From Candidatus Bathyarchaeota archaeon (GTDB lineage Archaea; Thermoproteota; Bathyarchaeia; Bathyarchaeales; Bathycorpusculaceae), in the NCBI GenBank assembly GCA_963832745.1, contig CAWHVC010000005.1, positions 224,001 to 288,000 on the forward strand: DNA of 64,000 nucleotides, written 5' to 3'. The translations under genes were made by a program, and so were the position numbers. Shown here piece by piece: positions 46,478 to 55,645 of the stretch. The first letter of the stretch is position 1, and each line of letters begins with the position of its first letter. The notes beneath the pieces are model-generated. The model worked only from the letters and a program-made list of their open reading frames with translations. It was not told the origin of the DNA and searched no databases.

Positions 46478-47288
46478 TTAGGCAGATAAGAAGCCGCCGT
46501 CAACAACAATCAGTGCCCCCGTGACATAGCTTGAAAAATCAGTTGCCAAAACTAGAGCCATTCGGGCAATTTCGTCAGGGGCGCCCATTCTGCCAAGAGG
46601 CGTCCTTAACCCGTACTCTATTCCTGTCTTGACGATGCTGGGCTTAAACTTTAACACGTCTTTAGCTACGCCTTTTGTGCCTTCTGTCCAGACTCCGCCG
46701 GGAACAAGCACGTTTATTCTAAAGCCGCGTTTTCCGTACTCACTGGCTAATGCTCTTGTTAGAGCCATAACGCCGGCTTTTGAGATGTCATAGTGGCAGA
46801 GGTCTTGCTTTAGGGGCATGATAGCTTCAATTGAACCCATGTTTATTATGACGCCGCCCTTCTTTGACCGCCCCTTTATCATTTGCTGGCACATCCAGAA
46901 CACCGACTTCAAATTAACATCAAGAACCTTCTGCAAAAACGCTTCTTCAACATCCAAAAAACACATGGAAGGGTAAATTCCTGCATTGTTAACCAGAATG
47001 TCAGGTTCTTTTCCAATTAGTGTCTTCCATAAATTGTCGATTTCAATCTTTTTTGAGAGGTCTGTTTTGTGAAGGCAGATTTCAACTTTGAACTGTTGCA
47101 GGTTTTCTTTGACTTTAACCAGCCTTTCTTCATCAACATCCACCAACTCCAAGCTTGCACCTGCCTCAGCAAACCTATACGCAATAGCCTCGCCAATGCC
47201 GCTTCCAGACCCAGTGATAAGCGCGGTCTTGTTTTGAAGGGATAAAAGTTCTGATAAAGAGGGAAGGCTGCCCTTTTTTACTCAACAT
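46478..47288 (-). CDS. SDR oxidoreductase, apparently with one extra base near the start
   Basis: TGSGSGIG lies upstream of the called start; NNAG and YDISK motifs. The ATG with a GGAGG SD at 47288 is one base out of frame. Confidence 0.8.
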
Positions 47289-47320
47289 AAAGCCTCCAAG
47301 AAAAATAGGTTTACAGAGCT

Positions 47321-48592
47321 TTATTTACGCTTGTATTTTTTGAAGTAAACAAGTAAACCGGCTCCTAAAGCCAAAGAGGCACCGAGGACAGGAAGTATAA
47401 TTGGCAAAAGTGAAGGAGTTGGCGTAACTGTTTGGTGTTCAACGTTGTAGGGTGCCATTAAGGGGTAATTGTCTTGTCCAGCATTGACTGAAACGAATCC
47501 GTCGGCTTTTTGGTCCCACTGATACCCGTTAAGCTGGTAAGGAGTGTCGCCGATGCCGTCTCCGTTGCTGTCTACTCCTTGATAGTTGCCCCAGTAGTTG
47601 CCTATAGTTCCGTTATCCCAAAAAGTGCTTTGAACCTCAAAAACTGAAACATTACAGGAGTCAGCGGCAAAGGTGTTTCCGTAAAAATGGTTGTTGATGG
47701 CTCTTTCTTGAATGACTACAGCAAACCCGTTATCCTCAAAATAGTTTTTATACACAGTGTTGTTTTCAGCGTTAAAGACAAAACGTATTGCCTGATTGTG
47801 AAATCCAGTTACGCTATTATTGAAAAATAGGTTATTTGAGCAGTTAACAAATAATGCTATTCCTTCGACGCCTTTTTGACCAGCAGGCCCTGAAAGCGCA
47901 TTACCTGAGATAACGTTTGATTGAGCGCTGTCCAGTATTATAGGAAGCACAACCTCAAGCAGATTACCATAAACCAAATTAGAGACGCCAGTAATTTGTA
48001 TGCCATATGTGCTGCCGGTTAGAGTGTTATTTTTGATGGTGTTGTTTGCACCGTTTACGTTGATTGCTGCCGCGTTAAGGTCGGTGCGTAAATGTTTGAA
48101 AGTGTTATCTGCGACCAGACAGAAGCTTGAACCTTGAAGTGCCACACCCTTATTATTGCTATCAGAAAACAAGTTACCAACAATGGTAACATTTGAAGAG
48201 TCAATTACTTTTACAGCAGCATAGCAGGCTTCAAAATTTAAGCCAGTAACAGTAACGTTTTTGCAGTTAGACATAATTACACCGTTGTTCCCTGCGTCAT
48301 ACCCCATCCAACTAGCATTTCCCTGAATCGTGTGCCCAACGCCGTCAAGCACAATGTTGTCTCGTTGAATTTCCACAGTAAAAAGTATAATGTCATCGGT
48401 AAGTTTGTAGACGTTATCAGAATGTTCAATTGGCGCGGTTGGGGGTTCAACGGTTCCGTCGCTTCTTATGTAAATGCGGGGAAGGTCTGGTCCAGGGTCA
48501 GGAAAAAAGTTTGCTGACGAAAAATCGGTTAAAGTAATAATCGTTAAAGACAGCAAAAAAAGCAACAGTAAAGCGGACAGGGTTCGAGTCAT
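47321..48592 (-). CDS. NosD-like parallel beta-helix surface protein
   Basis: Signal peptide, IYIRSDGTV, NN repeats, GNYW...DGIGDTPY, C-terminal TM + KKYKRK. Confidence 0.88.
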   Translation of the reverse strand: MTRTLSALLLLFLLSLTIITLTDFSSANFFPDPGPDLPRIYIRSDGTVEPPTAPIEHSDNVYKLTDDIILFTVEIQRDNIVLDGVGHTIQGNASWMGYDAGNNGVIMSNCKNVTVTGLNFEACYAAVKVIDSSNVTIVGNLFSDSNNKGVALQGSSFCLVADNTFKHLRTDLNAAAINVNGANNTIKNNTLTGSTYGIQITGVSNLVYGNLLEVVLPIILDSAQSNVISGNALSGPAGQKGVEGIALFVNCSNNLFFNNSVTGFHNQAIRFVFNAENNTVYKNYFEDNGFAVVIQERAINNHFYGNTFAADSCNVSVFEVQSTFWDNGTIGNYWGNYQGVDSNGDGIGDTPYQLNGYQWDQKADGFVSVNAGQDNYPLMAPYNVEHQTVTPTPSLLPIILPVLGASLALGAGLLVYFKKYKRK

Positions 48593-48637
48593 GCAGCATC
48601 AAATTGATTGGCGATTTTTAAGTAAAAAGGTATTTCC

Positions 48638-48698
48638 GTCAAAGAATCTTGACTAAAACTGCTTAAAAGTAAAAAAGATTCAGTCAAGGTTTCTTGAC
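48638..48698. promoter_or_regulatory. Two GTCAA-N6-TTGAC palindromes in a divergent promoter region
   Basis: GTCAAAGAATCTTGAC (48638-48653) and GTCAAGGTTTCTTGAC (48683-48698), each abutting a BRE/TATA-like element. Confidence 0.6.
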
Positions 48699-48760
48699 TA
48701 AAGATTTATCAGCTAACTTAATAGTCCTTTGAATAGCAACAAAGAGTTGAAAAGCAAACC

Positions 48761-50065
48761 ATGGGAAAAACATTCAGTAGTTTACTGATTGTACTACTAA
48801 CAACTATCTTATTAACAGGAATTGTCGGGACTGAAACGCCAGTTGCAGCAGCAGACACCCAACAAAACGTTGAAACAGCCACAACTGTAACGGTGGATCC
48901 TAACCCTGCAGTATTTGGACAAACAGTTCAAATAAACGTGTCAATTTCACCTCCACCGCCAACAATGGATGACTATTTTTCAGGCATTATAATCGAAATA
49001 ACCAACCCCAAGGGTGACAATACGACAATAGGACCTTTGAAAGCTTCTCCTGATTGGCAAGATAAAACAATCGACACAATCTGGGTTAATTATGTACCTG
49101 GCCAAGCGGGAACCTTTAAAATAACAGCGTATTATGAGGGAGACACCTATTCTGACGGCGGTATTGCATATTTGCCCTCGACAAGCAACACGGTATCATT
49201 GAATGCAACGTGGGAAGTAGAACCGCAACCAACCCCGACTTCTACACAAACGCCCACCCAGACAACATCAACGCCAACACCCACCGCCACGCCATGGCCA
49301 ACCCCTACAGCAACTCCACCACCTACGCCCACTCCAACGCCTCAAATCAAAAAAACAGCAAGTCTCTCCATTGAAACAGAAAACACGGTACAAACAACAG
49401 AATCTCCATTAATAGTAAAAGGAAGACTAATTGCGCCTGGCACAATAGGAATCGCTGTTCAAGATATAACAATTTCATACTCAACGCCCAACAATGCTTC
49501 ATGGAAACCCATTGGCATATACATGACTAACGAGTGGGGAATGTACAGTTTTCGATGGATGAATCCAATATCAGGCACATTTTTGATAAAGGCTGAATGG
49601 ACTGGAAACAGCGAATATCAAGCTGTAAGCAACACCACAACCATAAGCAGGATACCCATAGGAGAACAGCAAGCAATCATCCAGTCAAATAGCACCATAA
49701 CGCAGCTAAATTACAATCAAACAGTGGGGCTCAGCTTTACCGTAAGCGGTGAAACCGGAACTGAAGGTTATGCGCAAGTTGTTGTGCCTAAGAGTTTGAT
49801 GACTGAAAGCCAAAACATCAAAGTACGCATGGATGGAAAAGCAATAAACTTTGTTTTAACCACCATCGAGGATTCATGGATAATCAGCTTCACTTACCAG
49901 CATAGCATGCATCAAGTAGTAATCAACGCCAACACAAACAGTTTGCAGGGTGACTCATTATCAGTCTTTGGTGATATGCTATGGGTTTACATAGGAAGCG
50001 TTGTAGCTGCATTGGCGGTAGCGTCAGCCGTGATAGTTTGGTTGGCTAAAACAAGGAAAAAATAG
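48761..50065 (+). CDS. Secreted Ig-like domain protein with PT linker and C-terminal TM
   Basis: Signal peptide, beta-rich domains, SNSTI...VSGETGTEGY...FTYQHS C-terminal domain. Confidence 0.8.
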   Translation: MGKTFSSLLIVLLTTILLTGIVGTETPVAAADTQQNVETATTVTVDPNPAVFGQTVQINVSISPPPPTMDDYFSGIIIEITNPKGDNTTIGPLKASPDWQDKTIDTIWVNYVPGQAGTFKITAYYEGDTYSDGGIAYLPSTSNTVSLNATWEVEPQPTPTSTQTPTQTTSTPTPTATPWPTPTATPPPTPTPTPQIKKTASLSIETENTVQTTESPLIVKGRLIAPGTIGIAVQDITISYSTPNNASWKPIGIYMTNEWGMYSFRWMNPISGTFLIKAEWTGNSEYQAVSNTTTISRIPIGEQQAIIQSNSTITQLNYNQTVGLSFTVSGETGTEGYAQVVVPKSLMTESQNIKVRMDGKAINFVLTTIEDSWIISFTYQHSMHQVVINANTNSLQGDSLSVFGDMLWVYIGSVVAALAVASAVIVWLAKTRKK

Positions 50066-50069
50066 CAGG

Positions 50070-51353
50070 TTACTGGCTTTTTCTGGGCTGCACATCTTCC
50101 TGCTGCTTAAGCAACACTATTGAGTCGCTGGGCAAATCGCGGGTAACCATAAAGTTTGCGCCCACCCAAGTGTTAGCGCCCACTTTTACGCCCGGCATAA
50201 AAGAGGCTTTGATTCCAGTTTTAACGTTGTCACCTAAAACTACGCCGAGTTTGCGTCTGCCAGTGTCCACAACTTTGTCTCTGATTGCCATTTTGATTTT
50301 GCCGTCATCAAAACGCAGGTTTGCCGTTATTGTGCCTGCTCCGAAATTGCATTTTTCGCCGATTACGCTATCACCAACGTATGAGAGGTGACCGATGTGG
50401 GTTCCATCCATAACGAGACAGTTTTTGATTTCAACTGCGTTGCCAATACGGGTTTTTTGGCCCAAACTTACACCGGAACGGATGAAACAGTTGGGTCCAA
50501 CGTCTGCTTCTTCATCAATGAAAACTGGACCTTCAATGTAAGCGCCTGAACGAATCCTAGCTGATTCAGCAACGTAAACGGGACCAATCAAATGTGCGCC
50601 CTGTTCAACGGTGCCTAACACTTTGGGTTCCATGCGTTTAAGAGCCCAATTATTAGCATCAAGCAAATCCCAAGGTCTACCCACGTCAAACCATGCGTCC
50701 TTGGCGAGTTCGGCAACCAGCACGGTTTTGCCTTCAGAAGCCAGCATTGTCAAGGCATCGGTGAGTTCCCATTCGCCACGCACTGATTTCTTAACGTTAC
50801 GCAGCTTGTCAAAAACTTCGTTTGAAAACACGTAAACGCCGGCGTTTGCCAAGTTTGAAGGCGCCTTTCCAGCCTCGGGCTTTTCAACTATGCGTTTGAG
50901 TTTTTTGCCTTCAGCAAATTCGATGATGCCGTAGCTTTCGGGTTTGTCAACGGGAACAACAGCCATAACCGCTTCAGGCTTAGCCGACCTATACAGGTCG
51001 ACAGCTTGCTTCACTGCATCCGCCGCAAACAGCAAGTCACCATAAATTAGCACAAATTCGCCCTCAACGTACGGTTCAGCCACGGCTGCAGCGTTGCCCG
51101 TGCCCAAAATCTCTTTTTGCTCAACATAAGTGATTTTTAAGCCTTGATTAGCACCATCGCCAAAGTAGTCTTTTATTTTATCACTCATATAGTGAGTAAC
51201 TATTACAGCTTCGGTGATGCCGACGGTTTTTACTGCATCAAGACAATACTGCAAAATAGGCTTTCCAGCCAGTTTGATTAAGTGCTTAGGGCGCGTGGAC
51301 GTTATGGGCTGTAGCCTTTGGCCTTCGCCTGCAGCTAACAAAACCGCTTTCAC
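50070..51353 (-). CDS. glmU: Bifunctional sugar-1-phosphate nucleotidylyltransferase/acetyltransferase (archaeal GlmU)
   Basis: LLAAGEGQRLQP, IVEKP, SVRGEWELTD, HLSYVGDS, ANLRFD; GTG start at 51353. Confidence 0.9.
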   Translation of the reverse strand: MKAVLLAAGEGQRLQPITSTRPKHLIKLAGKPILQYCLDAVKTVGITEAVIVTHYMSDKIKDYFGDGANQGLKITYVEQKEILGTGNAAAVAEPYVEGEFVLIYGDLLFAADAVKQAVDLYRSAKPEAVMAVVPVDKPESYGIIEFAEGKKLKRIVEKPEAGKAPSNLANAGVYVFSNEVFDKLRNVKKSVRGEWELTDALTMLASEGKTVLVAELAKDAWFDVGRPWDLLDANNWALKRMEPKVLGTVEQGAHLIGPVYVAESARIRSGAYIEGPVFIDEEADVGPNCFIRSGVSLGQKTRIGNAVEIKNCLVMDGTHIGHLSYVGDSVIGEKCNFGAGTITANLRFDDGKIKMAIRDKVVDTGRRKLGVVLGDNVKTGIKASFMPGVKVGANTWVGANFMVTRDLPSDSIVLLKQQEDVQPRKSQ

Positions 51354-51354
51354 T

Positions 51355-52713
51355 TTAAGCCACCTCAATTTGTTTACGTATTAAATCGGCGGCTTTAAGC
51401 ATTAATTCTTTTGCCACCCTCTCTGATTCGCCTTCAACAGTTACGCGTATAAGCGGTTCAGTACCGGATGCACGAATTAGGAACCACCCGTTTTTAAGGG
51501 CTAAACGTACGCCGTCAATGGTTGAGAAATCAGTGTAGCCTGTGAAGTCGTCACGGATTGTTAAGGCGATTGCTGCGACGGCTTTCTTTTTTGTTTCATT
51601 TGGGCATTTGATGTTTTCACGCAACGTAATATACTCTGGCACTTCAGCTACAAATTGGCTAACAGTTTTACCATCAGCCTCCAACGCTTTAAGGAACAAC
51701 GCTGCTGACAAGGGACCATCAGGACAATAATGCTGCAATGGATGCACCCAGGCACCGCAAGGTTCTCCACCAAAAACTGCATTATCACGCTTAATTGCTT
51801 CTGAAACGTAAATGTCACCAACTTTTGTTCGCACGACTTTGCCGCCGAAACGTTCAGCCATCGTTTCAACACACATCGACGCCTCAACATTCGTTGCCAC
51901 CACGCCACCGCCTGCCTGCTTTAAAGCATAAGCTCCGTACGCGGCTAATGAACGGTCAAAATCAACAAAAACCCCATTTTCATCCACAAAAGCAACACGG
52001 TCAGCATCACCATCAAAAGCGATACCGATGTCTGCTTTTGAGACACGGACAACTTCGGCAAGGTCTTTGAGAGATTTTGCAGTTGGTTCGCTTGTTCTTG
52101 CCGGAAAATGCCCGTCAGGTTGAGCATTTAACGCGGTTACTTTGCAGCCAAGCATTTTGAGTAGCTTTGGACCAACATCGAAAGCGGCGCCGCATCCGGG
52201 ATCAACAACTACACGCCACTTTTTCTTTAGGGTAACGGCGTTTTTTGCCATCTCAAAATAGGGCAAAGTTGCATCATAGGAAACTGTTGTGCCTAAGGCG
52301 CGCCAATCTGCTAGTGCATAACGGTTTTCGATTATGATTTTTTCTACAGCATCTTGATCAGCATCTATGTAGCTGAGGGTTTCTGGGTTGAAAACTTTGA
52401 TGCCGTTGTATTGAGGTGGATTGTGAGAAGCGGTTATCATGAAGCCTACGTCGGCGCTTAAACTGCGGGTGGCATATGCCAAAACAGGCGTTGGAACCAT
52501 ACCGACTAAGTAAACCGTTACCCCACAGGAGGTTAAGCTTGAAACCAACGCCTCCTGAATCATACATCCAGTAACTCTTGTGTCACGGGCAACCACGGCA
52601 CATTTAGCTTTAGCATAAGTTGCTACTGCCGAACCAACCTTGCATGCTAAAGTCGGCGTTAATTCCACGTTAGCTAAACCACGAACTCCAGAGCTTCCAA
52701 ACAGTTTACCCAT
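51355..52713 (-). CDS. glmM: Phosphoglucosamine mutase
   Basis: LFGSSGVRG, ITASHNPPQYNG, DGDADR, RASGTEP; adjacent to glmU. Confidence 0.88.
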   Translation of the reverse strand: MGKLFGSSGVRGLANVELTPTLACKVGSAVATYAKAKCAVVARDTRVTGCMIQEALVSSLTSCGVTVYLVGMVPTPVLAYATRSLSADVGFMITASHNPPQYNGIKVFNPETLSYIDADQDAVEKIIIENRYALADWRALGTTVSYDATLPYFEMAKNAVTLKKKWRVVVDPGCGAAFDVGPKLLKMLGCKVTALNAQPDGHFPARTSEPTAKSLKDLAEVVRVSKADIGIAFDGDADRVAFVDENGVFVDFDRSLAAYGAYALKQAGGGVVATNVEASMCVETMAERFGGKVVRTKVGDIYVSEAIKRDNAVFGGEPCGAWVHPLQHYCPDGPLSAALFLKALEADGKTVSQFVAEVPEYITLRENIKCPNETKKKAVAAIALTIRDDFTGYTDFSTIDGVRLALKNGWFLIRASGTEPLIRVTVEGESERVAKELMLKAADLIRKQIEVA

Positions 52714-52760
52714 CCAAGATACACCTATGGCATGGTTAAGCAGCGATTACCAATAAAACT

Positions 52761-53849
52761 TTAACCCTGCACGTAAGCGTTAATGAAACGTTCAAGTTTA
52801 TCCAAACTCGGATGCACCCCAGCAGAGTCTGATAGATAGCAGGCGGAAACCGCGTTTGCTAACATTAAACGGCAACCATCTGAAAGCCCATTTCCATCGC
52901 CGAAAACGTTACCTGCATTCCAAGAATCACCCGCGCCGGTAGCTCGAACAACATCAACTTTGAAAGTTGGAACAACAACTTCAGAACCATTTTTTAAAGA
53001 AGCAGAAAACGACGTTGTATGCAAATCTATTCTTGCAGAAAAATGTTTACTTAAAACACGGGCTGCCTCTAAAGCTAAATCGTTAAAACTTACACAACAT
53101 TTTTTCTTTTCGATTGAACTATCAAGTAGGGAAGCGTAAGCGACGGCTTCATTTTCATTTAAGCTTAACACGTCCACACGGTTTGTTTCTAAAACATCTT
53201 TCAGTAAATCAGCAATCCCATTCTTGTTAGGCATGGGGTCGGCAGTGTCATAATAAGTTTTACCCTTACCGGCCTGCCTAGTTTTTTCAAAAACCTTCCT
53301 CGCAAGGCCTGTTCCATGCGTTTTTGTTCCTGCCCAATTAAACAGGCAAACATAATCCGCTTTATCGATTACGTCATAGTCTTCAGCGTCTAAGTCTTCG
53401 GGTCCAAAATCGGCAAGTGAACCCACGTCGCGAAGCATCACATTAACTTTTCCGGAGCCAGCTTTCAATTCAAAAGCGGTAGTCACTGAAGCTTTTGGAA
53501 ATAATTTAACGTGAGATAAATCGACGCCACCCTTGAAATGGTAATTTAGCAAGTGCAAACCGTATCCGCTGGTACAAATTATGGGTGTCACTTTAACGTC
53601 TAAAGCTGCCAAAGCTGAAGCAGTATTTACAGCGTTTCCACCTTTAAGGTCTGCCTGAAAAATGCCATCTATACTACCGCCTTTTCTGCTTACCACATCA
53701 GCGCTGACCTTTGAGAACTCCTCTGCAGTCCAAGGCAGGTCTAAAAGCCTATCTAAGAAAAAGTCAGGCATTACTACAACGCTTAAAAGTTTACTTTCTT
53801 TCCTGTTTAGAAAATTTTGCAACTCTTTTTTGTACTCTCTCAGCGCCAT
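52761..53849 (-). CDS. PfkB-family carbohydrate kinase
   Basis: GGNAVN, LNENEA, TGAGDSWNAG motifs. Confidence 0.88.
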   Translation of the reverse strand: MALREYKKELQNFLNRKESKLLSVVVMPDFFLDRLLDLPWTAEEFSKVSADVVSRKGGSIDGIFQADLKGGNAVNTASALAALDVKVTPIICTSGYGLHLLNYHFKGGVDLSHVKLFPKASVTTAFELKAGSGKVNVMLRDVGSLADFGPEDLDAEDYDVIDKADYVCLFNWAGTKTHGTGLARKVFEKTRQAGKGKTYYDTADPMPNKNGIADLLKDVLETNRVDVLSLNENEAVAYASLLDSSIEKKKCCVSFNDLALEAARVLSKHFSARIDLHTTSFSASLKNGSEVVVPTFKVDVVRATGAGDSWNAGNVFGDGNGLSDGCRLMLANAVSACYLSDSAGVHPSLDKLERFINAYVQG

Positions 53850-53956
53850 TAAAAGGTTCCTTCTATACTCTTATTTTCCCAAAAAGCTAAAATAACCTTC
53901 CTGTCATTTATTGTGAAATATCAATAAAGAGCAGGGGTCCATTTAGAGGGAAAGGC

Positions 53957-54217
53957 TTGAGATTCAAACTAGAAGTATGTTTACTAACTGTAGCAATAGC
54001 ACTTTTCATATTAAGTTCAGTTCTATACTCGTACCAGATAGATAATCAAAGCCAAACAATGTACGCCGCCGGCTTAAAGGAGGCTGCGCCCGCTGTAGCT
54101 TCTTTTCCGTATCAAACATATGCTGTATCATCAATCGGTTTTGGCTCAATACTAATGGTTATTGCCTCTATTTCATATCAAAAAAGAAGCAAACAGTTGG
54201 AACAAGTCGTCCAATAA
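53957..54217 (+). CDS. Small two-TM membrane protein
   Basis: Two hydrophobic segments; GAGGG SD. Confidence 0.6.
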   Translation: MRFKLEVCLLTVAIALFILSSVLYSYQIDNQSQTMYAAGLKEAAPAVASFPYQTYAVSSIGFGSILMVIASISYQKRSKQLEQVVQ

Positions 54218-54226
54218 TCTAATTTT

Positions 54227-55039
54227 TTAGGCCACTATTGCCCGGACGAGAAGCCATACAATGTCGCCGAAAAACACTGCCACTACTAAACCTAACGTGA
54301 CAAAAATCAGCATCGGCAAACCTGGAGTAGCCCAAACGTACTCATCAACACGTTTCTCTTCAACAGCTTTACTTAAACGTTGAACAATTCCATCACGCCC
54401 ATCCTCTTTAGGTACAATCACAAGTTTACGGTCACCAGTAGCATCTTCTACGTCTTCCAAAGGAAAAACATGCCATTTAGCAACCAGCACACCCACCTTC
54501 ATTCGGTACCCAGTAATTAAAACAAGAATCTTTTTCCCAACAGACTCTTTTGCCAGCGAGCCCTCAAACATTTTTTTGCCAACACGCTTATGCCAAACAA
54601 TGTTTCGAAGTACCATGTAGATTCCGCTTGCCGCTGCGAACAGAACGGAATTGCTAAAGATAGTTAAAGGGAAAACGTATTCTGCGATAGGGGAAACGCT
54701 GGCACCCAAAAGTGGCGTAAAAAGGGCTTGAGTTGAAAAAGGCAATGAAAGAGCTATACACATTAGGGCTTTTGAATCAGCACCGCCGAAACCGCCCGTG
54801 TAGAACAGCAGAAGAGCGAATACAGCTGTTAAACCAAAACTTAAACCCATGAAAGGCAACATGGAAACGTCAAACATTAACAGTTCAGCAAGCGACAAAG
54901 CCAATGCTACTGGAGCGTAGTATACCCAGACGCGGTTGCTTACCTCTCGTGTTTTGTAGTCGCTCCATGAAGCGTAAAATAGAACACCTAAGGAGAGAGC
55001 GATGTTTGCTGAGATGAGTACTGCTTGTAATACTTGCGT
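54227..55039 (-). CDS. Prepilin/preflagellin peptidase (A24, FlaK/PibD-like); probable ACG start
   Basis: First catalytic Asp (ASWSDYKTREV) lies upstream of the called TTG; GGADSK second Asp; WATPGLPML; AGGTGA SD then ACG, with in-frame TAA immediately before. Confidence 0.88.
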   Translation of the reverse strand, partial: TQVLQAVLISANIALSLGVLFYASWSDYKTREVSNRVWVYYAPVALALSLAELLMFDVSMLPFMGLSFGLTAVFALLLFYTGGFGGADSKALMCIALSLPFSTQALFTPLLGASVSPIAEYVFPLTIFSNSVLFAAASGIYMVLRNIVWHKRVGKKMFEGSLAKESVGKKILVLITGYRMKVGVLVAKWHVFPLEDVEDATGDRKLVIVPKEDGRDGIVQRLSKAVEEKRVDEYVWATPGLPMLIFVTLGLVVAVFFGDIVWLLVRAIVA

Positions 55040-55120
55040 TTATGATCACCTTTCAGTTTGTTTGCGTATTTTAGGGTTAACACTGAATGGTTATATTAAA
55101 GGATAAAAAAGTTGAGAAAA

Positions 55121-55555
55121 TTATTCTGGTGCTTGCTCTTGGAACGTTAATGGTTGACCAGATGCAGTTACAATTTTGAAATAGTATGTTTCGCCGGCTT
55201 TCCAAGTGTAAGATACTTTGAAGCTTTCGATTGAGCCCCCGTTAAGTGGCAAGGTTGTTGGGGTAGTTGTTTGTACTGTAGCACTTGACGCTGATGTTCC
55301 AATGTATACGCCGATGATTTCAGTGTTTCCTGTTCCTGAGTTGCCAATATCAATAGTTATGCTTTTTCCACTTTGGAGAAAAGCCACGTTTGCTTTGTAT
55401 GACATGACAGAAGCGTTATCGGTTGTGTTGCCCATGTAAGAATTCATCCATGCATAAGTCATAACTATTGCCGCTACAGCGATTACTACAAGAAGCAGTG
55501 TTGCAAGTATTGGAGAGATGGCTTTTTTTGAACGGAATATTTTTTGAAGTAGCAT
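55121..55555 (-). CDS. Type IV pilin (class III signal peptide), candidate major pilin
   Basis: KKA|ISPILATLLLVVIAVAA. Confidence 0.88.
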   Translation of the reverse strand: MLLQKIFRSKKAISPILATLLLVVIAVAAIVMTYAWMNSYMGNTTDNASVMSYKANVAFLQSGKSITIDIGNSGTGNTEIIGVYIGTSASSATVQTTTPTTLPLNGGSIESFKVSYTWKAGETYYFKIVTASGQPLTFQEQAPE

Positions 55556-55645
55556 GTTATTTACCTATTGATTTTACATGAAAGCCCTTTAGATATTTAA
55601 CGTGTATGAATCACAAATGCTTATTGCAGATTCATAAAAAATGGG

